Notes: generated by a model from the sequence alone, not told the origin. 64,000 nucleotides of DNA from an uncultured virus (IMG/VR IMGVR_UViG_3300024251_000006) (IMGVR_UViG_3300024251_000006); one strand, 5' to 3'. Shown: positions 47,615 through 57,712, counted from the stretch's first letter. Translations and numbers: made by a program.

Positions 47615-47679
47615 CTGTCAATATCCTGTAGCCGTAAACGGTCATATACCTGTGAATAACTCAGGACAATATCAGAGTG

Positions 47680-47801
47680 TGTCAACCTTGACATATGTGT
47701 AATATTTGACACACAATGGAGGGAAAAGATGACAGTACACGGCGGCGTTTCACCGCCCGAGCCCTATCGTGTCAGCCTTGACACATATGTCAGAACTGAC
47801 A
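47680..47801. promoter_or_regulatory. Two tandem pairs of TGTCA-N4-TGACA palindromes
   Basis: Sites start at 47680, 47698 (one mismatch), 47770 and 47788. Confidence 0.75.
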
Positions 47802-48066
47802 CACACCTATTGTCAGTCACAGTCTGGTTAGTTTGACAGTCCAGTCCCATAGTCCGCACACCACTCACAGCTGCCATACTGGTTAGCTCGCTCGCCGCGC
47901 GATGCCGTAACCCCGCCCGCCTGGCGCCGGCAGCCGGCCGCAATCGTGCACAATAGGTAGGCATAGGTCGTCAGTTGTCCGGCATATAGAAGAGGGACGG
48001 CGGGGACGCGTCTGCTCCTGTGCTGGCCTTTTTTTATTTTTTATTTTCAATTCATGGTATAAGGGT

Positions 48067-48141
48067 GAGCCGGGCCAAGCCTGAGTCAGCCTTGTATGAG
48101 GCAGGTGAAGCGGCGGAGCGGTAACCTCCGCACCGGCTCCA
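48067..48141 (+). ncRNA. Possible tRNA-like RNA ending in CCA
   Basis: GAGCCGG/CCGGCTC closing stem, GCGGAG-CGGTAAC-CTCCGC T-like arm; lies 3 nt upstream of tRNA-Asp. Confidence 0.4.
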
Positions 48142-48144
48142 GAC

Positions 48145-48218
48145 GGGGTCGTCGTCTAGTGACAAGACGCTCGACTGTCGCTCGAAGAACGGCGGTTTGA
48201 TTCCGCTCGACCCCGCCA
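48145..48218 (+). tRNA. tRNA-Asp(GUC), non-canonical
   Basis: GGGGTCG/CGACCCC acceptor, GTCT/AGAC D-stem, CTGTCGC anticodon loop, GGCGG-TTTGATT-CCGCT T-arm, GCCA end. Confidence 0.8.
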
Positions 48219-48223
48219 ACTAT

Positions 48224-48655
48224 ATGCGCACCAGTATTCTAACGCTACTTATGCTGATGGTAGTTAATTCGGCGGAGGCACGGCCGAAGCATTGGTATAC
48301 GGATCCGAAGTGGTGGGTAGGGGAATTCTTTATAGCGGCGGCGATCGGGGCGGATGCGCAATCTACGGTGTTGCGGACGAACCGCCAGGTAGAGGGGAAT
48401 CACCTCCTGGGCAAGAATCCGTCGCGGCAATCGGTGATTGGCGTCGCGGTATTGAGCATGGGCTTGCAGACGACGTATCACGCATTCTGCTGGAAGCTGA
48501 CGGTCGGCGAGGACGATCTGAAAGGCTGGCGCATCGTCGGCTATACGGCGATACCGACTGAAGTGGTGGCCATTTACGGCCTGAAGGGTGCCGTTCACAA
48601 CTACCATCTGGAGTTCCCTAAAGCCAAGTTCTCGCCGCACATGGAACAACATTAA
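48224..48655 (+). CDS. Secreted/membrane hypothetical protein
   Basis: Signal peptide ending AEA; hydrophobic segments. Confidence 0.55.
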   Translation: MRTSILTLLMLMVVNSAEARPKHWYTDPKWWVGEFFIAAAIGADAQSTVLRTNRQVEGNHLLGKNPSRQSVIGVAVLSMGLQTTYHAFCWKLTVGEDDLKGWRIVGYTAIPTEVVAIYGLKGAVHNYHLEFPKAKFSPHMEQH

Positions 48656-48712
48656 ATCCGATTGACATACTGAGGCCGTTCGCGCTACCGTCCTCGTCCA
48701 AATGGAGGAACC

Positions 48713-48955
48713 ATGCTCACCTCACTAGCACTACTGATCGATCACCGTGTAGGGTTCTTCGGCCACGAAGGGGTGGTATGGGCGTTCATCGGCCTGATCG
48801 CCACCGTCGTCATCATCGCCATATTGTTCAAGATTATGAAGCTGGTATTGCCGGCGCTGGGAGTAGGGGAGCCGTGGGTCTCGGTGATCTACTGGTTTGC
48901 CGTGCTGCTGTGCGTGCTGATCTTCCTGAACTACTCGTTCGGAGGGTGGTTCTAA
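48713..48955 (+). CDS. Two-TM membrane protein
   Basis: GGAGG RBS; two hydrophobic helices. Confidence 0.6.
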   Translation: MLTSLALLIDHRVGFFGHEGVVWAFIGLIATVVIIAILFKIMKLVLPALGVGEPWVSVIYWFAVLLCVLIFLNYSFGGWF

Positions 48956-48979
48956 CAGCTACCATAGTCCACTTATCCC

Positions 48980-49008
48980 TTGACCAATAGATAGGTTAGT
49001 GCTATATA
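48980..49008 (+). promoter_or_regulatory. Sigma70-type promoter of the packaging operon
   Basis: TTGACC-17nt-TATATA. Confidence 0.55.
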
Positions 49009-49020
49009 GGCTACCTATCA

Positions 49021-49581
49021 ATGTCCGTATCGTTCTCATTCAAGACTCACTTACCTCTTCCGGCCACCGGTCAGGAGCTGCAGGACCGTATCAAGCATCT
49101 CTTCGCCATCCGTGAGGCTCTGGATCAGGAGATAGAGACGCTGATGGGCGTCAAGGCTGAGACGGCCAAGCTCTATCACTGCGTACGTTGCGACTACAAG
49201 TGGAAGTCCCGTCTCGCTCATCGGCCGAAGATGTGCCCAAGCTGCCGCGTCAAGCGCTTCGATCGGCCGCCGCTCTATACCTATGAGGAGAAGATTGCAC
49301 GGAAGAAGGAGCTCGCAGCCAAGCGCGTTGAAGTGACCTCGTCGACGCCGGTAGAAGCTCCCATGCCGCATTCCGTGCTGACCCGTCAAGTCTCTCTCGA
49401 GTCCGACAGCATCCAGAACGTGACACTCACCCCGCCGCCAATGCCGATGTCGTTGCGAGAACGCCTGGAATGGATGAAGACGCAGCCGCCGCCAGTTGTG
49501 GTAGTAGAGTCTGAGCCAATCATTGAACATACTGAGGAAGAGTTGATGGAGGCTATCAACGGTGAATCCGATGCTACTTAA
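49021..49581 (+). CDS. C4 zinc-ribbon protein (similar ribbon to 39020..39190)
   Basis: CVRCDYKWKSR..PKMCPSCR..FD. Confidence 0.65.
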   Translation: MSVSFSFKTHLPLPATGQELQDRIKHLFAIREALDQEIETLMGVKAETAKLYHCVRCDYKWKSRLAHRPKMCPSCRVKRFDRPPLYTYEEKIARKKELAAKRVEVTSSTPVEAPMPHSVLTRQVSLESDSIQNVTLTPPPMPMSLRERLEWMKTQPPPVVVVESEPIIEHTEEELMEAINGESDAT

Positions 49582-49910
49582 GGTAACTCCCCGCCTAGAA
49601 GAGAGAATCAACGCCCGCTGGCTCTACTGGTCCCCATGGATGCTCATCCTGGCCCGCAAGAAGCTGCCGTTCATCTCTATCGACGTCTCGCTCGGCAGCG
49701 CCAGAATGCTCCATCGCGTTCGTTATCTCGACGCCATGAACCAACGCTTACCGGAACATATCATCAAGAAGCGTTCCCTCGACGATCCGCGGCTGCATCA
49801 GGATGAATACCGTATCAAGATGGAAGAAGCGCTACGCAGGAGCACGCTCCATCGTGGTAAACGTAAGGGTATCCGCCGCACACATAAGGAGATTCTGAAA
49901 GGACTGAACA

Positions 49911-50372
49911 ATGTCGCCAGTACAGAATGAGAAGGTCGTCAATCGTCCTCTTACCGGAAGCGAACTGAAAGCGTATTTGATGAGCATCTGTGAGAAATTA
50001 CTTAGCGCTGAAGGGCTTTTATCCGAGCATATCGCCTTCGGCAAAGTCTCCGGCAACATCAAGCTCACTCTCAAGCTGGATAATGCCTACTTTCCCGAGT
50101 CGGTCACCTCTATCGACTTCCAGAAGGAAGATCCATCAGCTCCACCCTCCAACGACAACGAATTCGCCCAACAAACCGCTACTTGGACCATGGATAATCC
50201 TAACGCTGAGCGCGTCCGTCTCGGCCTGAAAGTCCCCGTAGAGACCAAGCAACTCGACGGCACGCGGCAGATTGAGCACATCTTGTATCCATCCGATATG
50301 GAAGAGTTGCCGCCTCAACAGGTAGAGATCCGGGACACTACGGTAGAAGGTAAGAAGGAGTGGAAACGATGA
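49911..50372 (+). CDS. Hypothetical protein
   Basis: ORF in a tightly packed operon. Confidence 0.55.
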   Translation: MSPVQNEKVVNRPLTGSELKAYLMSICEKLLSAEGLLSEHIAFGKVSGNIKLTLKLDNAYFPESVTSIDFQKEDPSAPPSNDNEFAQQTATWTMDNPNAERVRLGLKVPVETKQLDGTRQIEHILYPSDMEELPPQQVEIRDTTVEGKKEWKR

Positions 50373-50561
50373 GCGTACATCCTATTCTCTGGCCCGATAT
50401 CATCCTAGGCGTCCTCATTGCCGAAGCTATCCTGCACACTACCCGCACCGTGCTGCATCACTTCTCGAGCAAGAGCCGTAACAACATGATTGCTCAACGG
50501 GTGAACGACATGCGGCCAGCGGCGCTGGATACCTACAGAGCGCGACAGGAACGAGACTTAC

Positions 50562-50801
50562 ATGCGCCTCTTGGATGAAGCCAAACAATTCTTCTGGCTC
50601 CGCCGTATCGCTCTGGCCCTCGAGCGCCAAGCCACCATCGCCGAGAAACAGTTCGAGTTCGCTCAGCAGGAATGGCTGGCTAAGAATGCTCCCATCCCGC
50701 GCAAGAAGACCGAATTCGCCATCATGGACCAGGATGAGATCAATAAGGACTACCTCCGCAGGCTTGAAGCTCAGCGCGACGGTATAGAGCTGGACGAGTA
50801 A
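50562..50801 (+). CDS. Hypothetical coiled-coil protein
   Basis: LRRIALALERQA; packed ORF. Confidence 0.5.
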   Translation: MRLLDEAKQFFWLRRIALALERQATIAEKQFEFAQQEWLAKNAPIPRKKTEFAIMDQDEINKDYLRRLEAQRDGIELDE

Positions 50802-50843
50802 CCTTGTGGCGCAAAGTTCTTTACGCAACAGAAAGATTGAGAG

Positions 50844-51479
50844 ATGATCAGCAAATCCCTCGCCCTCCGCAAGCTCGGCCTGCAGCCCAAATCCCTGCTC
50901 AACGTCCCGCAAATCACTCCTCTGCTCACCGAGATCATGTCCGGCTTGAAGAAGCGCGGCCTGCCTACCGATCCGTATCACTACCTCGACGCATCCTCGG
51001 ACCTAGAAGCCCGCGGCCTCATGTCCGTCTATAAACACTCCTGGAAACAGGTCAGAGATGTGCTCCCACTCGAAGCCTTCTGTGTAGCCGCCGGCGTCGA
51101 TCCCAACCGCATCCTGGACTCTCTGGTCCGCGTCATCGAGCGGGTGAAATCCCTAAAATCAGCAGTGAATCTCTCCGTCTCCCAGCCCGAGATTGTCGAG
51201 ACCAACATAGAAGCCGCCATGGATGTTGACAACGGCTACAAGGACCGCCGCCTGCACATGCAAGTCTCAGGGTTGATGCCTATGCCCAAGGGTGCCCGCA
51301 CCGTCGTCAACGTACAAACCTCAGCCACATCATCATCATCTCCGGTGCAACAGACGGTAGTGGCCGCTCCGGCGCCAGAACAAACAGTGAGACGCCTCAG
51401 CGAGCGCTTACATGCCATCAAGGGCACGCTACCCGAGATTCAGAAGGTTGAAGACGCCATACTGGTTGACGAAGAATGA
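50844..51479 (+). CDS. Probable terminase small subunit
   Basis: Position upstream of TerL; helical, with an HTH-like LEAFCVAAGVDP segment; no definitive motif. Confidence 0.45.
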   Translation: MISKSLALRKLGLQPKSLLNVPQITPLLTEIMSGLKKRGLPTDPYHYLDASSDLEARGLMSVYKHSWKQVRDVLPLEAFCVAAGVDPNRILDSLVRVIERVKSLKSAVNLSVSQPEIVETNIEAAMDVDNGYKDRRLHMQVSGLMPMPKGARTVVNVQTSATSSSSPVQQTVVAAPAPEQTVRRLSERLHAIKGTLPEIQKVEDAILVDEE

Positions 51480-52126
51480 TTCAGCCTAAGCGAGTGCTAG
51501 ACCTATTCTGCGGAGCCGGTGGTGCTGCAATGGGACTACACCGCGCATGGCCAGATGCTGAGATTGTTGGTGTAGATATTAAGCCGCAGCTAAATTACCC
51601 GTTTACGTTTGTGCAGGCTGATGCAATGACATTTGATGTGATAGGTTTTGATTTCATTTGGGCCAGTCCACCGTGCCAGAGATATTCCTGCGTGACACCA
51701 AAAACTCATAGGAATGGCCATCCAGATTTGCTAGTCGGTGTGCGAGATAGATTGTTAGGTCTTAGGGCGGTGGATAAGATTCCTTACGTGCTTGAAAATG
51801 TAGTTGGTGCCCGTAAACACCTCTTAGTTCCAATGATGCTCTGCGGATCAATGTTCAACTTGCGTTGTAGAAGGCATCGCCTTTTTCAATTAGGTTTTCC
51901 TTGTGCGTCGCCACCCAAAAAATGTGATCATGCTAAGCCTATTCTTCTTGTGACTACCGCAGGAGCTAATAGCCGTAGGATAGGAAATTTTAAGTCAGTA
52001 AAGAATGCGCCGTTGGCCTACGGAATTGATTGGATGAGTGGAGATGAGCTTAAAGAGGCCATTCCTCCCGCTTACTCTGAATATATTGCCCGTCAGTGGT
52101 CTCTGGCACAGAAAGTAGCCGCCTGA
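51476..52126 (+). CDS. DNA cytosine-5 methyltransferase (short phage type)
   Basis: VLDLFCGAGG, WASPPCQ, ENV, RRHRLF, EAIPPAY. Confidence 0.88.
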   Translation: MIQPKRVLDLFCGAGGAAMGLHRAWPDAEIVGVDIKPQLNYPFTFVQADAMTFDVIGFDFIWASPPCQRYSCVTPKTHRNGHPDLLVGVRDRLLGLRAVDKIPYVLENVVGARKHLLVPMMLCGSMFNLRCRRHRLFQLGFPCASPPKKCDHAKPILLVTTAGANSRRIGNFKSVKNAPLAYGIDWMSGDELKEAIPPAYSEYIARQWSLAQKVAA

Positions 52127-54339
52127 TGTATCACCCCTCCCGCGTCGCTCAACGTATCGAACTCGCCCAGCGCGAATTCAGCGTCACTCTAGAACCACAT
52201 TCCATCGCCGACGTCGACTCCTTCGAGGACCATCTCAAGCGCTACAACAAGTACGAACTGGACCAGAACGGCGCTCCCAAAGGTATGCAGCACCTTACCC
52301 AATTCGAGCACGACTGGATCCTCAACGAACAACTCCTCGTCTCTTGCGACGCCATGTACGCCCTCACCCGCTACGCCATCATCAAGGATGAACAGAACAA
52401 CATCCGCCGCTTCGAGCCGCGCGTCCCACAACGCCTGATCTTCGACGTCATCTCCGACCTCGAGCAACGCGACGCCGCCATCGAACTCATGCTCCTGAAG
52501 GCCCGCCAGCTCGGCGTCTCTACTCTCATCGAACTCCTTATCGGCCTCCGCATCATCTTCGGCTACGGCGTCAACGCAGTCATCGGCTCCGCCGACCAGA
52601 CTAAGACCGCTCTCATGGCCGGCATGATGTTCATGCTCTACGACCGCCTGCCCGTCTGGCTGCGCCCGCAGTGGACTAGGCGCGTCGAATCCGACCGCGG
52701 CATGCTCATCTTCGGCCACAGCTTCTCCGGCGTATCCTTCCAGCACGGCGCCCAGATGTCCGGCATCGCCCGCGGTACCACGCCAACCGTCTACCATCTC
52801 TCCGAATGTGCCAGCTTCACCGATCCTATCAACCAGATTGAAGCCGCACTCTTCAAAGCCGTTCATGCCTCTCCCAACGTCTTCGGCGCACTTGAAGGTA
52901 CCGGCGAAGGCGACAAAGGCTGGTGGCCGGATACTTGGCGCCACGCCAAGGAGAACTGGCAGCATAACCGGGCTCGCCTCTGCCCTCTCTTCCTGCCATG
53001 GCTATGCGGAACGGATATCTATCCCACGCCCACCTGGCTCAGAATGCGTCCCATCCCCGACAACTGGTATCCCAATCCCGATACGCGAGAGCACGTTGCC
53101 AAGTCCGAACTCTACGTCCGGTCTCACCCGCTCCTAGCCAAGCATCTCGGCTCAACCTACCACATGCCCAAAGCCCAACAATGGTTCTGGGAAGTGGAGC
53201 ACGAGCAGGCTAAGGCTAAGAACATGGAGGAGATCTTCCTGCAAGAGATGGCTGGCGACGACGAAGAAGCCTTGCAGAAGTCCATCACCTCCGCCTTCAG
53301 CCACCAGACACTCGCCGAGATAGAATCCCGCCGAGAAAAGACCATGGACATGTTCTGCCTCGTCGGCCAGTCCATCGAAGCCGACCACGAACCTCCCACC
53401 GAGTATATCGACTACGATAAGCCGCGCATTCCCATTAAATACACCAACATCCAAGAGAAGACGTACCGCTGGGAACTGATCCCTCTCCTTGAGCAGCAAA
53501 TCCAGCCTAATCCCAAGGATCCCGCCACCGCCACCGGAATACTATTCATCTGGTCTCATCCTAAGCCCGGCGTGCGCTACTCGATCGGGGTAGATACAGC
53601 CGCCGGCAGAGGCGAAGACGCCACCGCCATCTCTGTCTGGGCTCTAGGTAAGAACAGCGACGATCCCGACACCCAAGTCGCCGAACTGGCCAGCTCCTAC
53701 ATCAACCACGCCGAAGCCTACGCATTCGTTATCGGTATTGCCGGATACTACGGCACCTACATGAAGCAAGAATACTCAAACAAGTGGCGTGAACCCTACG
53801 TCACCGTGGAAGTATTGGCCTCGGTTGGCGACATGTGCCTGAAAGATATGGCCAACATGGGCTACTCGCATTTCCACATGATGAGCCGCTACGACGGCAA
53901 GAACCCTCGCCGGGACAAAGCCATGGCTCGCAAGCGCGGATTCTTCACTGGAGCATGGGCTCGCGTGACGCTTACCACCTCTTTCGCCACCTGGGCCAAG
54001 AACCTGTGGCTGCATATTAACTCTCCTTGGCTACTCGAAGAGATGCGCACCTTTGAGGCCAAAGTCACCGCCACGGGCAGGGAGAAGCTCGAGCACGAAG
54101 ACGGCAAGCACGACGACCGTATCTTCGCCGCCGCCATGGCCTGCTTCGCTCCGCACGACCTCGAGCCCAACGCCGAACGGAGCAAGAAGCGCTCTTTCAA
54201 CCCGTCTACACTCCCTCCGCTCAACTTGCAGCCCTCTAGGCCCTCAAATGTGTTCAATCCTAGGGATATGCAACAATCAGACATTGCAACTGTGGACGAT
54301 TTAGCATTTACTATGGACCAGATGGAAAGGTACCGATGA
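52126..54339 (+). CDS. terL: Terminase large subunit
   Basis: LLKARQLGVST Walker A, HLSE Walker B, IGVDTAAGRGED and HDDRIFA nuclease motifs. Confidence 0.92.
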   Translation: MYHPSRVAQRIELAQREFSVTLEPHSIADVDSFEDHLKRYNKYELDQNGAPKGMQHLTQFEHDWILNEQLLVSCDAMYALTRYAIIKDEQNNIRRFEPRVPQRLIFDVISDLEQRDAAIELMLLKARQLGVSTLIELLIGLRIIFGYGVNAVIGSADQTKTALMAGMMFMLYDRLPVWLRPQWTRRVESDRGMLIFGHSFSGVSFQHGAQMSGIARGTTPTVYHLSECASFTDPINQIEAALFKAVHASPNVFGALEGTGEGDKGWWPDTWRHAKENWQHNRARLCPLFLPWLCGTDIYPTPTWLRMRPIPDNWYPNPDTREHVAKSELYVRSHPLLAKHLGSTYHMPKAQQWFWEVEHEQAKAKNMEEIFLQEMAGDDEEALQKSITSAFSHQTLAEIESRREKTMDMFCLVGQSIEADHEPPTEYIDYDKPRIPIKYTNIQEKTYRWELIPLLEQQIQPNPKDPATATGILFIWSHPKPGVRYSIGVDTAAGRGEDATAISVWALGKNSDDPDTQVAELASSYINHAEAYAFVIGIAGYYGTYMKQEYSNKWREPYVTVEVLASVGDMCLKDMANMGYSHFHMMSRYDGKNPRRDKAMARKRGFFTGAWARVTLTTSFATWAKNLWLHINSPWLLEEMRTFEAKVTATGREKLEHEDGKHDDRIFAAAMACFAPHDLEPNAERSKKRSFNPSTLPPLNLQPSRPSNVFNPRDMQQSDIATVDDLAFTMDQMERYR

Positions 54340-54785
54340 GAAAGCCTGGCTGCGTCGCCCCCGTAATCTACTTCCGCTACCCTTCCGGCCACCTCGTGCT
54401 CGCACCGTTCTCCGACTGTCCCACTCCCGACGGTGCCATCAAGGAAGAAGCCGACACACTGCCAGCTATCGACCGCCTCGTCGACCAGTTACGCAAGCAG
54501 GAATATGAGAATAGCCAGCGCGAGATGCGCTACGACATGAATCTGATGGCCGCCCGGGACAAGGAGATCAAGGATCGCATCTACGCCCGTATCTCATCCA
54601 ACGTAACCACCGAATACGAGAAGGAATTCCTGCGCTTCTATCTACAACTACGCGATGACCGCAAGCGCGAGAATTACCGTCAGAGATTCCTTGAAGCGCA
54701 ATGGTATCTGCACGCGAGAGAGAATGAACTTGGCAATCGTGACGCAGCAGCTGAGACTGTGAACTTGGACAAGGTACACTTCTAA
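54336..54785 (+). CDS. Hypothetical protein
   Basis: Coupled ORF between terL and the portal gene. Confidence 0.6.
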   Translation: MRKPGCVAPVIYFRYPSGHLVLAPFSDCPTPDGAIKEEADTLPAIDRLVDQLRKQEYENSQREMRYDMNLMAARDKEIKDRIYARISSNVTTEYEKEFLRFYLQLRDDRKRENYRQRFLEAQWYLHARENELGNRDAAAETVNLDKVHF

Positions 54786-54996
54786 TGAAACTAGCCTACA
54801 AGGACCTGCTTGAAGGTATCTTCTCTAAATCGACTCCAACTTTCATCTTTATGAATGCCAACACCAAGGCCGAAGCCGTGAAGTTGGGCGGAGAGAACTG
54901 GGCGAAACAGCTTCCTCCTAACGTAACCTTGGGACTCGACAATCTTCCAGACGGTGAAGTTAAGGTAGAATTCTCTTTCAAGTGGGATAAATCCTA

Positions 54997-57069
54997 GTGG
55001 CTGAGAAACTCTCATTCAAGAGTTGGCAGTGCCCTCCCGGCGCAACCGACGAAGCTAGTCGCCTAGGCTGGCTCGACGATGCCACCGGCGACGGCCTCGC
55101 CTGGCTAAAAAGCCAGCGCGGCTTCCGCGACTTCCGTAAAGCTCTCGACACCATCTCCGGCATGGATACTCAGCCAACCTATAACGCCTCCTACCGCAGC
55201 CGGATTAACACCAACCGTCTCAAGCGCAACATCCGAGAAGTCGTCTCGGTCATGTCCAAGCTGCGTCCCTTCTGGGGCTATCACAGCGACAACAAAGCCT
55301 ACGCCGACCAAGCGCTGATGATGAACAAAGTCACCCGCGCATGGTATCTCGAGAGTTTCGCCGACCGTGCGGTAAAGGAGGCACTCCAATATGCGGCAGC
55401 GACTGGACGCGGCTGGATTCATCCCGTATACCGCAGAGATATGCATGGCACCGGAAGGGGTGACATTAAGTTACTCACATACGGCGCTCCCTCTGTCCTA
55501 CCCACCCAACTCCCTAGCTCAGGCAACTGGCAAGAAGCCTACGCGGTTACCATTCTGGATGAAATGCCTGTTGCTATGGCGCACGGCATGTTTCCTTCTT
55601 TTCAGGATAGATTAGTCCCTTCCAGCTCAAAGTATTGGTACCAGAACGACTCCGTCCACAAAGCCGCCCTCGGCAACGTCCTGCAACGTATCTTCGGCAA
55701 GACACCTCGCGCCGAGACTGCCGGCCTGCCCGACCTTCTCGTGCCAGTGAGAAAAACGTGGGTGCTCGACCTCAGTATCAACACCACCGACCGTCCCATC
55801 CCCATGGGCGAACCGGGCTCCACATGGTCTTACACCGTGCCGCACATCGGCCAGGAAATCCCCGTAGGCACCGACACCAACGGCCGTGCCCTAACCCGCA
55901 AGGCCGACGAGAACGATGCCCGGCTCTATCCCTACCGCCGCCTGCTCATCAGCTCCGACCGCTGCATCATGTATGACGGCCCCGGCTTTGACTGGCACGG
56001 CATGTTCCCGGGCATCAGCTTCAGCCCCGACAGTTGGCCATGGGAACCTCTCGGCTTCAGTCTCGTCCACGACGGCTACGATCTCAACGAATCCATGAAA
56101 GAGATCATGCGCGGCAACATGGACAAGATCAGGAGTCAACTCGATCCTCCATTGAAGTTTGATACCAACGCCACCTCCATGAAGGAGATGCGCCGCTTCG
56201 ATCCCATGCAGCCCCGCGCCCGCATCGGCCTCGACGGCAACGCGGTAGACGGCATCGGCGTAGACCTCGCCGTGCCCATGGACGTCCTCAAGGTCTATCC
56301 TGAATCCATGCAGATGTACGAGACTCTCGGCGCCGCCATGGACGCTCAGATGGCTATCAACGACGTGCAAGCCCTAGCCAAAGCCCGTACCGTCGGCTCC
56401 ATGGATGAGCTAGAAAAGATCATGGAGACGCAAGGCCCGATCGTCGAGGACATGTCCCGCTCCATGGAACCACCCATGCGCGACTTGGGCGTCATGGTCA
56501 AGTATCTCGTCCTGCAGTACTACACCACTCCTAGAGTGATGCAGATCGTTGGCATGGATGGCGTACATCCCGAGGTATTCGACTTCGACCCTGCCAGCCT
56601 CGTGCCTTCTCACCTGCCCGGCGAGGATCCCAAGTTTGGCTCAGCGTCAGACAAGATCACCAGAGCTCGCGTCTTCGCCGACAACCTGCGCTTCTTCATC
56701 CTGCCTAACTCTCTGCACGAGATGACGCAGATGGCCATGAAGCTCGGGCTCGTGCAACTGAGAAAAGCCGGTGTGAAGATTGACTCCCAGACCATCGCAG
56801 AATCTTGGGAATTGCCAAACTACGGCAACCTACAGGGCAATACCATCATCGAGCGTTACCAGTCCGAGCAGGAACTAGACCTAGAATTCGCCGCCAGGAT
56901 GCAACAAATAGCCGGCGCCGAAGGACTTATACCACCAGGTACGCCCCCGGGAGCCGCCGCACCTCCGGCTAAGCCTAATCCCGAAGGCCGACCACCTTCC
57001 GGCAACGCTCCACCTCGTCTAGTTTCCAAGGATAACGGTGCCAGAAGCACGATTACAGAGAGTCGGTGA
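54997..57069 (+). CDS. Portal protein (P22-like podovirus type)
   Basis: 690 aa after terL; NRLKRNIREVVS..LRP, A...GRGWI, Pro-rich C-terminal tail. Confidence 0.8.
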   Translation: MAEKLSFKSWQCPPGATDEASRLGWLDDATGDGLAWLKSQRGFRDFRKALDTISGMDTQPTYNASYRSRINTNRLKRNIREVVSVMSKLRPFWGYHSDNKAYADQALMMNKVTRAWYLESFADRAVKEALQYAAATGRGWIHPVYRRDMHGTGRGDIKLLTYGAPSVLPTQLPSSGNWQEAYAVTILDEMPVAMAHGMFPSFQDRLVPSSSKYWYQNDSVHKAALGNVLQRIFGKTPRAETAGLPDLLVPVRKTWVLDLSINTTDRPIPMGEPGSTWSYTVPHIGQEIPVGTDTNGRALTRKADENDARLYPYRRLLISSDRCIMYDGPGFDWHGMFPGISFSPDSWPWEPLGFSLVHDGYDLNESMKEIMRGNMDKIRSQLDPPLKFDTNATSMKEMRRFDPMQPRARIGLDGNAVDGIGVDLAVPMDVLKVYPESMQMYETLGAAMDAQMAINDVQALAKARTVGSMDELEKIMETQGPIVEDMSRSMEPPMRDLGVMVKYLVLQYYTTPRVMQIVGMDGVHPEVFDFDPASLVPSHLPGEDPKFGSASDKITRARVFADNLRFFILPNSLHEMTQMAMKLGLVQLRKAGVKIDSQTIAESWELPNYGNLQGNTIIERYQSEQELDLEFAARMQQIAGAEGLIPPGTPPGAAAPPAKPNPEGRPPSGNAPPRLVSKDNGARSTITESR

Positions 57070-57585
57070 TGACGCCAGCTGAAGCACTCGAACACCAGCG
57101 CAAGGGCGGCAAGCTCTACGAATACATCTCTCCACGTGTCACCTGGACCTTCGATGCCGATGCCTACTACCAAGCCCGTGGAACCAAGGTAGTCTGCTTC
57201 ACCATCCCGGCCACCAATCCAGCCCACGAGCACGGCGGCTACTCCAAGGAGTACCATGAAGAAGCTCTAGCCGCCTCGCGTGATGGCCGCATCAGATGGC
57301 AAATACTATGAGCGTAACCAGTATCCGCACCACCACCACGGAGACAATGACTCCGCTTCGCGATACTTACCACCTCGTGCGCGAACGTGTCTACCAGGGC
57401 TCCCTCGACTTCGTACAAATCCTCATCGGCCTGCGCACCGAAAAGGCCACCGGTACCCTCGAAGTAGCACTCTCCCAAGGCGGTATCTGCCGTGTCCGGT
57501 TCCGTGAAGAGCAGGATATCCGCTACTCTTCCATCCATCCCTAACGATTTCTCTTGACAACACCTAGTCCTGTTACTGTAGAGTC

Positions 57586-57712
57586 CCCACAGTGGGATTC
57601 GTTATCCCCTGACACCACAGTCAGGTTAGATACGGCCGACTGCTATTAACGCACCTCTTGCTTGGTTGCCTCCGAGCCCGACACATGCGTTAGTGGTAGT
57701 CGGCCTTTTTGT
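57586..57712 (+). ncRNA. Structured 5' leader / attenuator of the capsid operon
   Basis: 20-bp stem 57634-57653/57686-57705 with G-U pairs followed by T5; smaller upstream hairpins; TTGACA at 57554. Confidence 0.6.

Noticed and set aside
47680..47801. Possible mini-CRISPR array
   Set aside because: Units are 14-bp palindromes with 4-nt gaps; there is no repeat-spacer periodicity and no cas operon
48197..48223. TTG start given by the ORF track for 48197-48655
   Set aside because: It falls inside tRNA-Asp; ATG 48224 yields a clean signal peptide
48219..48290. tRNA-associated theta (HDV-like) ribozyme after tRNA-Asp
   Set aside because: Coding sequence begins 5 nt after the CCA and no nested double pseudoknot is apparent
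52189..52965. 258-aa antisense ORF inside terL, and similar antisense ORFs in the portal and fibre genes
   Set aside because: Shadow ORFs caused by strong codon bias on the coding strand
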